NCBI GenBank assembly: GCA_025059415.1
Contig: JANXDQ010000002.1
Span: 9,940 to 55,512, forward strand
Source of the DNA: Aigarchaeota archaeon
GTDB taxonomy: Archaea > Thermoproteota > Nitrososphaeria_A > Caldarchaeales > Wolframiiraptoraceae
Length of the DNA stretch: 45,573 bases
Direction of reading: 5' to 3'
The notes under the pieces were generated by a model. That model was not told the DNA's origin and did no database searches. It saw only the letters and a program-made list of their open reading frames with translations. A program made the position numbers and the translations under genes. Below are positions 8,549 to 17,738 of this stretch, piece by piece (the first letter of the stretch is position 1; every line of letters starts with the position of its first letter).

Positions 8549-9574
8549 ATGTCATTTGGAGGGATATTAGCGGACGTGGTCGCGGGCAGGGCTTTAAGAC
8601 TTGGGGTCAAGGAGGTTGCAAGACTTAGGAGGATTGGTTATAGGGTCGTTGGGAGGCATTCTGCGGTCAAGATATGTCACTGGACAAAATCCGTTCTCCG
8701 CGGGGGCAAAAACTGTTATAAGGGCTGGTATGGGATTCAGAGCCATAGATGTCTTCAGATGACGCCATCTCTCCAATACTGCAACCTGATGTGTATTTTT
8801 TGCTGGAGGCATCACACCATTAACAGGGCCGAGGCATATGCTGGAGACTGGGATCCGCCTGAAGAGATCTTAGAGGGGTTGATTAAGGAGCAAAGGCAGC
8901 TTCTCTCGGGATTTAAGGGGAATCCGAAGGCCGATAGAAGGCTGTTCGAGGAGGCCATGAACCCCAGGCACATGGCGATATCACTCGACGGAGAACCGAC
9001 GATTTACCCGTATTTAGGTGACCTCATTAAGTTGGCTAGGAGCTGGGGGATGACGACGTTCCTAGTCACGAATGGTATGAGCCCCGATGCCCTCAAAAAA
9101 TTGCTGAGCGAAGATGCCTTGCCCACTAATCTATACATAAGCGTCTATGGAAGTGATGAAGCACTTCACAGAAAAATCTGCAGACCCTTAATCCCGGATA
9201 GCTGGAGGAAGCTCTCGGAAAGCCTGGAGGTTATGAGGGGATTCCAAGGATCGAGGAAGGTGATACGGCTAATAATGATCAAGGATTATACCATGCAGAA
9301 TCCGGAGAAGTATACCGAGTTAATCAAGTTAGCTAACCCAGACTTCGTCGAGTGTAAGGGGTATATGCACGTCGGAGAATCCCAGAAAAGACTCAGGAGG
9401 GAAAATATGCCCACCTTAGATGAAATAAGGGTCTTCGCTTACAAGCTCTCTTCCGATCTTGAATACGAGTATCTGGCGGAGGATTATCCCAGTAGGATAA
9501 GTCTACTCGCAAATCCTTCATCGGAGTATTATCATGAAGTGCGTGAGAGGGTGATTAAGCAGTCAAGTGGCTGA
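8549..9574 (+). CDS. taw1: tRNA 4-demethylwyosine synthase Taw1/TYW1 (radical SAM)
   Basis: 341 aa. N-terminal HSAVKICHWTK.. cluster region plus the radical-SAM CNLMCIFC (Cx3Cx2C). Overall Taw1-like layout. Confidence 0.85.
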   Translation: MSFGGILADVVAGRALRLGVKEVARLRRIGYRVVGRHSAVKICHWTKSVLRGGKNCYKGWYGIQSHRCLQMTPSLQYCNLMCIFCWRHHTINRAEAYAGDWDPPEEILEGLIKEQRQLLSGFKGNPKADRRLFEEAMNPRHMAISLDGEPTIYPYLGDLIKLARSWGMTTFLVTNGMSPDALKKLLSEDALPTNLYISVYGSDEALHRKICRPLIPDSWRKLSESLEVMRGFQGSRKVIRLIMIKDYTMQNPEKYTELIKLANPDFVECKGYMHVGESQKRLRRENMPTLDEIRVFAYKLSSDLEYEYLAEDYPSRISLLANPSSEYYHEVRERVIKQSSG

Positions 9575-10052
9575 ACCGCTCCTTAATCCTCCGCCAGGTC
9601 TCATGTAACGCCTCGGGGATTACCTTTGTATCAGAGATGACGGGCATGAAGTTTGTGTCCCCAATCCATCTCGGGACCACGTGAAAGTGGATATGGTCCT
9701 CGACCCCGGCACCGGCTCCCCTGCCCAGATTCAGCCCAACGTTAAAGCCATCTGGATTGTATTCCTCTTTCAACGCCCTGATAGAGAGCTTTAAGAGGTT
9801 TATCATCTCGATTGATTCCTCTTCATTTAAGTCGAGTATGCTGCTGATGTGCCGGTAGGGCGCGATCATGAGGTGCCCATTATTGTATGGATATCGATTG
9901 AGGATCACGAAACAGGTTCCGCCCCTGAAGACGACGAGTTTTTCCATATCATCGTCTCCCCCAGCCGCCCTGCAGAGAAAGCACTCCTCATCCTTTCTCG
10001 ACGAGAAGAGCCGTATATAGGCCATCCTCCACGGAGCCCACAGAATCCTCAT
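9555..10052 (-). CDS. HIT-family nucleotide hydrolase/transferase
   Basis: 165 aa. Histidine triad HIHFHVVPR and N-terminal LWAPWRMAYI. Converges on and overlaps the taw1 3' end by 20 nt. Confidence 0.85.
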   Translation of the reverse strand: MRILWAPWRMAYIRLFSSRKDEECFLCRAAGGDDDMEKLVVFRGGTCFVILNRYPYNNGHLMIAPYRHISSILDLNEEESIEMINLLKLSIRALKEEYNPDGFNVGLNLGRGAGAGVEDHIHFHVVPRWIGDTNFMPVISDTKVIPEALHETWRRIKERFSHLTA

Positions 10053-10109
10053 GATTACATAAAATGTTTCTCCACCGCGGTAATTTAGTATTCCCTTAGC
10101 AAGAGGAAA

Positions 10110-10595
10110 ATGATTAATCTTCGACTATGCCGATTTTATCGGAGGCATACGTCCTTGGGGATAAGGCAGGTTGACATCTCGGATAAGGAGGCCGTCAAGA
10201 GGGAGGCGGTGGCCAAGGGATTTATCAAGTTGAGGCCCGATACCATTAAGAGGATTAGGAACGGGGAGGTTGAAAAGGGGGATCCATTACAAATCGCGAA
10301 GATGGCTGGGATAAATGCCGCAAAGCTCACACCATTCCTCCTCCCGCTATGTCATCCACTAAGACTCGAACAAGTCATAATCGATGCGTCGATCAATGAT
10401 GATGGGATAGAGGTCGTTGCAAGAGTTAAGGCAACTGAGAAGACCGGAGTAGAGATGGAGGCCTTAACAGCATTATCCATCGCCCTCCTCAATATTTGGG
10501 ACGTGGTTAAGGCATATGAAAAGGACGCGCTGGGCCAGTATCCGGAGACCATGATTACGGATATAAGGATAGTTGAGAAGAGGAAGTGGGAGTAA
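10110..10595 (+). CDS. moaC: Cyclic pyranopterin monophosphate synthase accessory protein MoaC
   Basis: VDISDKEAVKREAVA..., LPLCHPL, GVEMEALTA. The start may be a TTG near 10155. Confidence 0.9.
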   Translation: MINLRLCRFYRRHTSLGIRQVDISDKEAVKREAVAKGFIKLRPDTIKRIRNGEVEKGDPLQIAKMAGINAAKLTPFLLPLCHPLRLEQVIIDASINDDGIEVVARVKATEKTGVEMEALTALSIALLNIWDVVKAYEKDALGQYPETMITDIRIVEKRKWE

Positions 10596-11135
10596 ATGGC
10601 GCTTCCGAGGGAGGAACATAGAAAATACGGCCCAAAAATCCTGAGGTTCGCGCTGATAACCGTGAGTAGCACGAGATATTCAGCGAAAATTAGGGGGGAG
10701 CCTTATCACGATGAATCACAGGAACGTGCTATAAGGATTATTGAGGGAATGGGCCACATAATCAAGGTTAAAGACCTCGTCGATGACGATGTGAACATGG
10801 TCAGGATTAAACTACTTGAATTAGTGCGTGATATGGAACTCGATGTGATAATATTCATCGGCGGAACTGGAGTCTCGAAAAAAGACGTCACGATAGAGGC
10901 GGTTAAACCACTTCTCGAGAAGGAATTAGATGGCTTCGGCGAGATCTTTAGGTGGATCAGCTTTCAAGAGATAGGTGTGGCCGCATTCCTATCTAGGGCC
11001 ATGATGGGGACGATGGGTGATAAGGCGGTAATGTGTCTTCCAGGATCTCCACAAGCCGTAGAAGTAGCATTAAGGGAATTCCTCCCCGAACTCCCACACC
11101 TGATCTACATACTTAGATCCCAGATTCCTTCATAG
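10596..11135 (+). CDS. moaB: Molybdenum cofactor biosynthesis protein MoaB/Mog family
   Basis: 179 aa. ALITVSSTR and GGTGVSKKDVT motifs. The ATG directly abuts the moaC stop. Confidence 0.85.
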   Translation: MALPREEHRKYGPKILRFALITVSSTRYSAKIRGEPYHDESQERAIRIIEGMGHIIKVKDLVDDDVNMVRIKLLELVRDMELDVIIFIGGTGVSKKDVTIEAVKPLLEKELDGFGEIFRWISFQEIGVAAFLSRAMMGTMGDKAVMCLPGSPQAVEVALREFLPELPHLIYILRSQIPS

Positions 11136-11147
11136 ATCTTCCTTTGA

Positions 11148-11648
11148 CTAAGTTGATGTATGTTGGGCGGCTACCACTGGTAAAGTAATTCGGATCAATT
11201 TCTCCTCGCCCCTCATGACATTATAGCTGGGAGACCTAACCTTTCTATCACCTATGTACACGTGGCCATGGACGATAAACTGCCTAGCTTGGTGAATTGT
11301 CTTCGCTAACCCAAGTCTATAAACCATAGTCTGGAGTCTTCGCTCGAGTATGTCCCTGACAGTGAGTTTTAGAACATCGTCCGCGGTTGCATCTTCATCT
11401 AGGAGCCCCATCCGGTAGAGCTTCTGTATCAATGATCGCTCCTCCAGGACACGTTTTTCACCAGTTAACCCAAAGAGGGTTCGGGCGTGTGCCCTAATCT
11501 TCCTGAGAATAGTCTCCGCTCTCCAGAGTTCCCGCTTATTCCTCAAACCATACTCTCCCAAAAGCTGGAGTTCCTCCGCCAGCCTATCAGCTTTCCACGG
11601 ATGTCTCGGCGTCTCATACCGCTTCCTAGGCTTCTTTGGATCTCCCAT
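11148..11648 (-). CDS. rps4: 30S ribosomal protein S4 (uS4)
   Basis: MGDPKKPRKRYETPRHPW... and an S4 RNA-binding domain. The track ORF extends to 11675, but MGDPKK is the conserved N-terminus. Confidence 0.9.
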   Translation of the reverse strand: MGDPKKPRKRYETPRHPWKADRLAEELQLLGEYGLRNKRELWRAETILRKIRAHARTLFGLTGEKRVLEERSLIQKLYRMGLLDEDATADDVLKLTVRDILERRLQTMVYRLGLAKTIHQARQFIVHGHVYIGDRKVRSPSYNVMRGEEKLIRITLPVVAAQHTST

Positions 11649-11738
11649 TCCAGCAAGTTTCTGATAATTCCTCATTTATTAATCTAAGGCTCGGCTCCGA
11701 GAATACTAATATTCTGGGGAAATAGGTGATCGAGAGAA

Positions 11739-12620
11739 ATGCTAAAAATAAGGCCCGAATGCATCCCATGCACGATTTTTAGTGCACTAAGAATGGCGAG
11801 ATATGCATCCAGCGACTTAGAGATGCATAAACGAGTAGTCAGGATCATGATGGAGAGGCTTGTTAACGTTAGCTGGGAGGAAATCCCCTCAGATTTCGCA
11901 TTCGAGGCCCAGGAAGTTGTTTCCGAAGTGACTGGTGTCCGGGATCCATATTCCGTTGTTAAGAAGTGGAGCAATAAGAGGGCCATGGAACTTTACCCGG
12001 AAATGAAAAAACTTGTCTCATGTTCGGAAAATTCCCTAGAAATGGCGGTGAAGCTCGCGGCCCTAGGTAATTCAATAGACTTCGGCTATTACTCTGAAGT
12101 CGACTTAGAGTCAATTCTCTCAAAAATCGGAAATATGAATTTCGCGTTATTGGATCTCGATGAATTTGAGAGGCAGGTCGTAGATGCAGAGAAGTTGATA
12201 TATTTCGTGGATAACGCCGGGGAAATAGTCTTCGATAAGGTTCTAATAGAGACCATGATTGATTTTAGAAGAAGGTTGTTCAGAAGGGTGACCATCGTTC
12301 CCAAAGAAGAACCCCTACTAAACGACGCCACAGTTGTTGACGTAGAGGAAATCATGTTAAACAAATTACCAAATGTGGTGGTTAAACCTATTCGAAGGGA
12401 GCGAAAAACTGATCCGAATTTGAGGATTGAGGGGTTTAGGGATATGATTAGGAATCACGACTTAGCGGTCTTTAAGGGACAGGTGAACTTCGAACTCTTT
12501 CTTGACGAGCCAGACGCATTCTTCATACTTATCGCGAAGTGTCCTATAATTGCGGATACTCTTGGAGTCCCTCAGGGAAGCCCAGTATTAGTGCACTCCC
12601 CCCACCTCTCTAAGACTTAA
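11739..12620 (+). CDS. DUF89 / damage-control phosphatase (ARMT1-like) family protein
   Basis: 293 aa. N-terminal ECIPC, VDNAGEIVFD and KGQVNFE motifs characteristic of DUF89. Confidence 0.75.
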   Translation: MLKIRPECIPCTIFSALRMARYASSDLEMHKRVVRIMMERLVNVSWEEIPSDFAFEAQEVVSEVTGVRDPYSVVKKWSNKRAMELYPEMKKLVSCSENSLEMAVKLAALGNSIDFGYYSEVDLESILSKIGNMNFALLDLDEFERQVVDAEKLIYFVDNAGEIVFDKVLIETMIDFRRRLFRRVTIVPKEEPLLNDATVVDVEEIMLNKLPNVVVKPIRRERKTDPNLRIEGFRDMIRNHDLAVFKGQVNFELFLDEPDAFFILIAKCPIIADTLGVPQGSPVLVHSPHLSKT

Positions 12621-12643
12621 TATCCAGGAGCTTGGTAGAGGTC

Positions 12644-13006
12644 ATGGAGATGGATAGACATAAGAAGTCGGGGAAAGTATTTCCGGGAGAGGATCTAGAA
12701 CTAGTCGAAGATTTCGGCGAAGTGGTGAGGGCGGCGCGTATAAAGATGGGGTTGACGCAGGAGGACCTGGCGAGGCAACTAAATGAGAAATTGGCCACAA
12801 TAAAGAAGATAGAATCGGGGGAATTCAAGCCGCCCATCGTCCTCGCGAGGAGGCTTGAGAGATTTCTGAAGGTAAGATTGCTGGAGCCCGTTGAAGCCCC
12901 GGAAAATGTCGCCGGTAAAGTCTCCACGAGGAAAGAATCCGGCATAAGCCTCGGAGACCTGATAAAGAAGGAATCTAAAACGGGTTTGGAGAATCGATCG
13001 GCATGA
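12644..13006 (+). CDS. mbf1: MBF1-type helix-turn-helix protein (archaeal multiprotein bridging factor 1) without the N-terminal zinc ribbon
   Basis: XRE-type HTH (IKMGLTQEDLARQLNEKLATIKKIESGEFKP) followed by LERFLKVRLLE. The frame is closed by a TAA at 12611-12613, so there is no room for a Zn ribbon. A TTG at 12632 is an alternative start. Confidence 0.75.
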   Translation: MEMDRHKKSGKVFPGEDLELVEDFGEVVRAARIKMGLTQEDLARQLNEKLATIKKIESGEFKPPIVLARRLERFLKVRLLEPVEAPENVAGKVSTRKESGISLGDLIKKESKTGLENRSA

Positions 13007-13077
13007 ATGCTGTAATCTATCCTTAGATCGGGGTCAAGGTTTTAAGTAAGGAGTGAAAGAAGACTGATGGGCAGGAC

Positions 13078-14331
13078 GTGAAAGTAGCGATAGTTCATAG
13101 AGTTCAGGGAGATGAAGAAGATAACCTGGCCGAGCTTAGGGAACTATGTAGAACAGCTGGATACGAAGTAATGTATCAACTGAAGCAGAAGCGCCCCCCA
13201 CATCCAAAATACAATATCGGGCCAGGTAAGGTTGAGGAATTAAAGGAGGCCATACGTGAACTCGGGATAGAGAAGGTGATCTTCGAGAATGATCTCAAGC
13301 CTGTGCAAGAATACAACTTGGCCAAGGCCTTGAAGATCCCGATAATAACGAGGACCCAACTCATATTGGAGATCTTCAGCCTACATGCCAGCAGTATAGA
13401 GGCAAAGCTCCAGATAAAGCTCGCTGAGCTGAAATACGAGCTCTCGAGGGCGAAGGAGAAAGTCAGGTTGGCAAAGAAGGGTGAGCAACCCGGATTCCAT
13501 GGCCTTGGAGCATATGAGGCCGATGTTTACTATGATGAAATTCATAGGAGGATGTTTTCTATAGCAAAAAAACTTGAACACGTCAAGAAGCACATGGACT
13601 TGATCAGGGTAAATAGGAAGGAGTTTGGTTTGCCTTTGATCTCGCTTGCGGGCTATACCAATGCCGGTAAATCGACACTTTTTAATGCTTTGACAAACGA
13701 GGAGGTCAAGGTCAGTCCACAGCTTTTCACAACCCTAACGCCAACGACGAGGATCATCAGAATGAATGGGAAACCAGCCTTCATTTCTGATACAGTCGGA
13801 TTCATAAAGAATCTCCCGACGCCCTTGATTGAGGCATTCTATGCCACGCTTAAGGAGATCGCGTTATCCGACCTAATACTCCTCCTCGCAGATGCGTCGG
13901 AACCTTTAGATAAATTAAGAGAGCGGATAGAAACATCTTTGCAGATATTGTATAATATAGGGGCACATAATGTACCAACAATCCTAGTATTGAACAAAGT
14001 CGACTTGGTGGGAATGGATGATGCTGCGAGAAAGGCGGAGGAACTTGACTTGGAAATGCCCCATGTCTTGATTTCGGCAAAGATGGGGTGGGGACTCCAA
14101 TCGCTTCAAGAGATGGTGTCAGGGATGTTTAAGAACTTCATAAGGATCGAGAGCAAGCTCCCATATGATGGGGAGACCATGAATATGTTGAATGATATCT
14201 ATCAATTTTCAAAGGTTAATGAAGTCTCCTTTAACGATGGATTCGTGAAACTTGACATCGAGGCCCCAATATGTTTAGCCGAAAAAATAAGGAGGTATGC
14301 GATGGATGGAGAATTCAAAATCATCGGCTGA
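13078..14331 (+). CDS. hflX: GTPase HflX
   Basis: 417 aa. HflX N-domain, G1 GYTNAGKST, DTVGFI, NKVD. Confidence 0.9.
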   Translation: MKVAIVHRVQGDEEDNLAELRELCRTAGYEVMYQLKQKRPPHPKYNIGPGKVEELKEAIRELGIEKVIFENDLKPVQEYNLAKALKIPIITRTQLILEIFSLHASSIEAKLQIKLAELKYELSRAKEKVRLAKKGEQPGFHGLGAYEADVYYDEIHRRMFSIAKKLEHVKKHMDLIRVNRKEFGLPLISLAGYTNAGKSTLFNALTNEEVKVSPQLFTTLTPTTRIIRMNGKPAFISDTVGFIKNLPTPLIEAFYATLKEIALSDLILLLADASEPLDKLRERIETSLQILYNIGAHNVPTILVLNKVDLVGMDDAARKAEELDLEMPHVLISAKMGWGLQSLQEMVSGMFKNFIRIESKLPYDGETMNMLNDIYQFSKVNEVSFNDGFVKLDIEAPICLAEKIRRYAMDGEFKIIG

Positions 14332-14791
14332 CAGCTTCCTCCTCAAGATTGTTAGAGATATTACCGACTATCAGTTTAGGAAGGGAGTTGGGGAAAGACT
14401 CTTCCCGGATAATTGCAGGGTTAAGGTTTCGGGGAGGACGAAAAGACCGAAATACGTTTACTTTGATGGAGAGATCTTGGCGACGATAAGATACCCAGAT
14501 AACTTGTTAGCCCTGACCATGGCGGGCGCAAGGAGGCTACTAGACGTTGCTAGTAATATAGCACTCAAGGTGATCTTGAAGAAAAATTCTGTAGAGAAAA
14601 TTAAGCAGGGCATGGGCCCACTGCCCCGAGAGATCGTTTATTTTGATGAGAGAATTAAGCCGGGAGACGAAGTCCTCCTTTTAGACGAGGATGGAGAACT
14701 CATAGCTGTGGGGAGAGCCGTGGTCTCAGGATCTACCTTTAAGGGATTAGAGCGGGGGATCGTTGTAAAAATCAGGAAGAGCGTTAAATAG
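14297..14791 (+). CDS. Stand-alone PUA-domain RNA-binding protein (ArcTGT C2+PUA-like)
   Basis: 164 aa. DYQFRKGVG motif followed by a C-terminal PUA-like segment (IKPGDEVLLLDEDGELIAVGRA). Overlaps the hflX 3' end. Confidence 0.6.
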   Translation: MRWMENSKSSADSFLLKIVRDITDYQFRKGVGERLFPDNCRVKVSGRTKRPKYVYFDGEILATIRYPDNLLALTMAGARRLLDVASNIALKVILKKNSVEKIKQGMGPLPREIVYFDERIKPGDEVLLLDEDGELIAVGRAVVSGSTFKGLERGIVVKIRKSVK

Positions 14792-14848
14792 CATCTAAAG
14801 GGCGGAGTTCAAGCCTAATATCCACCTTTAGATGGACTATACTTGGTG

Positions 14849-15229
14849 ATGACGGTGCGGAAGATCTCCCCAAGACAGTTGAGGAGAATGCAGGCACGTA
14901 TGTTGGGGAATGTTGGGCTCAATCTAAAGGAACTCGGGACGGCCGAGGAAGTCGTAATAAGGCTGCAGGATAAGGAACTCGTCTTAAGAAATCCAAGCGT
15001 TGTCGAGATGAAGATCGAGGGAGAATCCATTTACCAGATAATAGGAGGAGAACCTGAGGAGAGAACACCTAAAGTCGTGGAAGAGCGAACATATGAACCA
15101 TCGCAAGAGGATGTAGCGTTGGTCGCGGTTCAAGCGGGTGTGAGTGAAGATGAGGCGAGAGGTGCACTTGTAGAGGCTGGTGGGGATTTAGCAAAGGCCA
15201 TTTTACTCCTCAAATCAAGAAAGGCATGA
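14849..15229 (+). CDS. nac: Nascent polypeptide-associated complex protein (archaeal NAC) with a UBA domain
   Basis: NAC beta-barrel segment (VVIRLQDKELVLRNPSVVEMKIEGESIYQIIG) and C-terminal UBA (EDVALVAVQAGVSEDEARGALVEAGGDLAKAI). TTG/GTG alternative starts lie at 14843/14846. Confidence 0.88.
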   Translation: MTVRKISPRQLRRMQARMLGNVGLNLKELGTAEEVVIRLQDKELVLRNPSVVEMKIEGESIYQIIGGEPEERTPKVVEERTYEPSQEDVALVAVQAGVSEDEARGALVEAGGDLAKAILLLKSRKA

Positions 15230-15232
15230 TGA

Positions 15233-16987
15233 TTAATCAAAGAATATCATACTCCTCTGATTAACTTTCTCCAACCCACTTATCCTAAACAATAACTCCT
15301 TCAAAGTCCTCATAGACTTTTGGACCTTTATATTAATCGCGCATCCACCATTAAAGTAACCGGCAAGTTTCTTCACGTATTCAATCCAATCGTCTAGATC
15401 ACGTAGATTGCTAAGCGGGGGCAGAGACACTGTGCTATAGGATTTAGGGTTATCGGTTAGAAGATTGCTCAATTGCTTCTCCCCATATCTGTAAGTGTCT
15501 ATTCGTTTAAAACGCCTTGCGGCTGATTTTGGACATCTCCCACCTACCATTATCTTACCACTTCCCCGGCTTGCCAGTTCGCTTATCCTTTCAAGAATTG
15601 TCGCAGCTATCTCTACGGCCTCCTCAATGACTTGAGTCTTGTCCCTGGCCAGATATTTAGATGCCTCCATTAATCCGCTGATAGATATCAGCGAGTAGGT
15701 TGAATTGGAACCGCGAATTCTCATGGATAAATCGAGCCCTTTATCAATTATGGAAAACACGGCTTCCATGTACCTCGGGATCTTAGATAACATCAAATCT
15801 AGGTCTCCCCGGCTCTCTAAGGCCATTCCTAGTAGGTTTAGTGTTACTATTGAGTGTATTTCTGCGTGAAAATGATCGAGCAGAAAGCTGCTAAATCCCA
15901 CATCATCTGAGAAAGAGAGGACGTATGCCGCCTGCAACTTGTCGAGATGTCTCGTAAGCTGAGGCACATTTGCAACGTCTATTTTCCTAAGATCTATCAA
16001 TAGTCCTAACTTCCTTCGAAGCCCCTCTGAAAGCATGGTAATGTGTTCTATCAGTTTTTCAGAAAAATCCAGGGAGATGATACGCTTCTCAGGGATCTTG
16101 TCTCCAATGATCTCCAATAATCTACAGACTTGAGATTCTGATCCAGACATCCTTAACTCCCGCTTTATCAACAATGATTCCTCGAGTACTTCCGCGGCAA
16201 TTTTCGATATGTCATTGGATGCATCTAGGTTGAATCTCTTGGAGAAGAGGCCGAATATCCAGTTGCTTATTGGATATATGTCGATCCTACCTGATAGATG
16301 TAGTTCAGCGACTTCTCGCGGGAGATAACCTATGAGTAGGTATTCTCTCGTGATGGACCCTGAAGATTCTTCGAGGAAAATTTTCCAATTCTTCAGTTCA
16401 AATGATTTTTTCAGGAGCCTCGTCACGTCGTAGAGGGGCATTCCAAGCCTCGTTAATCTGTGGCGGTACTTTTCAAGACCCATATCTAATAGAATCGAGT
16501 TTACGAGCTCCCTAATCAGGGGGGCCGTGAGGTAATCTATTTTGAGGTCGATGAGCTTTCTCTCAGCGACGGATGCCACCTCTCTCGCAAGTTTTGGAGG
16601 CAACTTCGCTTCCTTGATTAATGCGTCGACGATCTTATTCTTGTCAAAGGGCTCGATTAGCTGGTCACTCCTCCTCACGATCATCAGGGAGTATCCTCCC
16701 AGCTCCTCCTCAATTCTCTCCAGATGCTTTAGGATCAATACGCCTTTATTCGAAAGCGTGTATTTTCCAACCGAGGCATCGACTTCTATTAATCCACTAC
16801 TCAATAATTTCTTTAAGTGATAGGAGAATTTTCCGGCATCCTTGTCCCGATTCATGCCCACGGCCTTAGCGAGCTCAGAGTACCCGAGTCTTCTCTGGGC
16901 TAATGACTTGAGCATTTTGAGCCTGGTGGGGGATGCTATGCTATCTAGTACCAAGGCGAGATCCGGAATTATTTGACGGGGATTCAT
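15233..16987 (-). CDS. Multidomain protein: ArsR-like winged helix + ATP-cone + class III RNR (NrdD)-like core lacking the glycyl-radical and Zn domains
   Basis: 584 aa. Residues ~10-95 look like a wHTH (SPTRLKMLKSL..LGYSELAKAVG..SYHLKKLLSSGLIE). Residues ~100-185 look like an ATP-cone (IVRRSDQLIEPFDKNKIVDALIKE...). The remainder has NrdD-like motifs (AELHLSGRIDIY; PKSAARRFKRIDTYRYG; FNGGCAINI). It ends with no CxxC pairs and no RVCGY-type glycyl radical motif. Confidence 0.6.
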   Translation of the reverse strand: MNPRQIIPDLALVLDSIASPTRLKMLKSLAQRRLGYSELAKAVGMNRDKDAGKFSYHLKKLLSSGLIEVDASVGKYTLSNKGVLILKHLERIEEELGGYSLMIVRRSDQLIEPFDKNKIVDALIKEAKLPPKLAREVASVAERKLIDLKIDYLTAPLIRELVNSILLDMGLEKYRHRLTRLGMPLYDVTRLLKKSFELKNWKIFLEESSGSITREYLLIGYLPREVAELHLSGRIDIYPISNWIFGLFSKRFNLDASNDISKIAAEVLEESLLIKRELRMSGSESQVCRLLEIIGDKIPEKRIISLDFSEKLIEHITMLSEGLRRKLGLLIDLRKIDVANVPQLTRHLDKLQAAYVLSFSDDVGFSSFLLDHFHAEIHSIVTLNLLGMALESRGDLDLMLSKIPRYMEAVFSIIDKGLDLSMRIRGSNSTYSLISISGLMEASKYLARDKTQVIEEAVEIAATILERISELASRGSGKIMVGGRCPKSAARRFKRIDTYRYGEKQLSNLLTDNPKSYSTVSLPPLSNLRDLDDWIEYVKKLAGYFNGGCAINIKVQKSMRTLKELLFRISGLEKVNQRSMIFFD

Positions 16988-17079
16988 CCAAATTAGATAG
17001 GGATTTCTGGTGTAAAAATTTTCGCGGAAGTGGAGCCGGAGCTAAACATATATGGTGGATTCTGGGAGCATCGGTGGAG

Positions 17080-17250
17080 ATGGGGCTCAGGGAATTCTTT
17101 AAGTCGATGGTGGTTACGATCAAGCTCGCAAGGAAGCCCACCAGGCACGAATTCTTGATGGCCATACGAATTACCCTCATAGGGATTGCAGCGATAGGAG
17201 GCATAACATTCATTATCAAGTTCCTGGCGCTCGTCATTCAGGGAATGTAG
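17080..17250 (+). CDS. secE: Protein translocase subunit SecE / Sec61-gamma
   Basis: 56 aa from MGLREFFKSMVVTIKLARKPTRHEF.. plus one TM helix. Canonical position upstream of spt5. The track ORF from 16933 is probably over-extended. Confidence 0.8.
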   Translation: MGLREFFKSMVVTIKLARKPTRHEFLMAIRITLIGIAAIGGITFIIKFLALVIQGM

Positions 17251-17264
17251 TGGGGTTGGGGGTC

Positions 17265-17735
17265 ATGTCTGGGGAAGCCGTTCCAAAACCGAGATTCTTC
17301 ATGGTGAAGGTCACGGCCGGGCAGGAGCGGAACGTGGCTAGGATGCTTGAGTCGAGGGCCACTTCCCCAAAAGAGGGGATTTACTCGATACTGGTTTTGC
17401 CCGGGATTAAGGGATACGTATTCGTCGAGGCCGAGAGCAAGGAGAGGGTATCTCTATTAACCCAGGGGATACGGCATGTGAAGGCCAGGGCGATAATGCC
17501 TGTTAAGAAGGAGGAGCTCATGGCCCACCTACTCGAGAAGCCGGTCATCGAGGTTCTCTCAGTCGGCGACTTCGTCGAAATAATCTCGGGGCCCTTACAG
17601 GGGATAAGTGGTAAGGTTATTAGGGTGGATAAACCGAAGAATGAGGTAACAATTGAGCCGGCGGATGCGGCGTTCCCGCTCCCAATCTCGGTCCCAGCCG
17701 ATCAAGTTAGGGTAGTCAAGCAGAGGGGGGTTTAA
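17265..17735 (+). CDS. spt5: Transcription elongation factor Spt5 (NusG)
   Basis: NGN domain (FFMVKVTAGQERNVA..GYVFVEAE) and KOW (GDFVEIISGPLQGISGKVIRVD). A GTG at 17250 is an alternative start. Confidence 0.9.
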   Translation: MSGEAVPKPRFFMVKVTAGQERNVARMLESRATSPKEGIYSILVLPGIKGYVFVEAESKERVSLLTQGIRHVKARAIMPVKKEELMAHLLEKPVIEVLSVGDFVEIISGPLQGISGKVIRVDKPKNEVTIEPADAAFPLPISVPADQVRVVKQRGV

Positions 17736-17738
17736 GGC

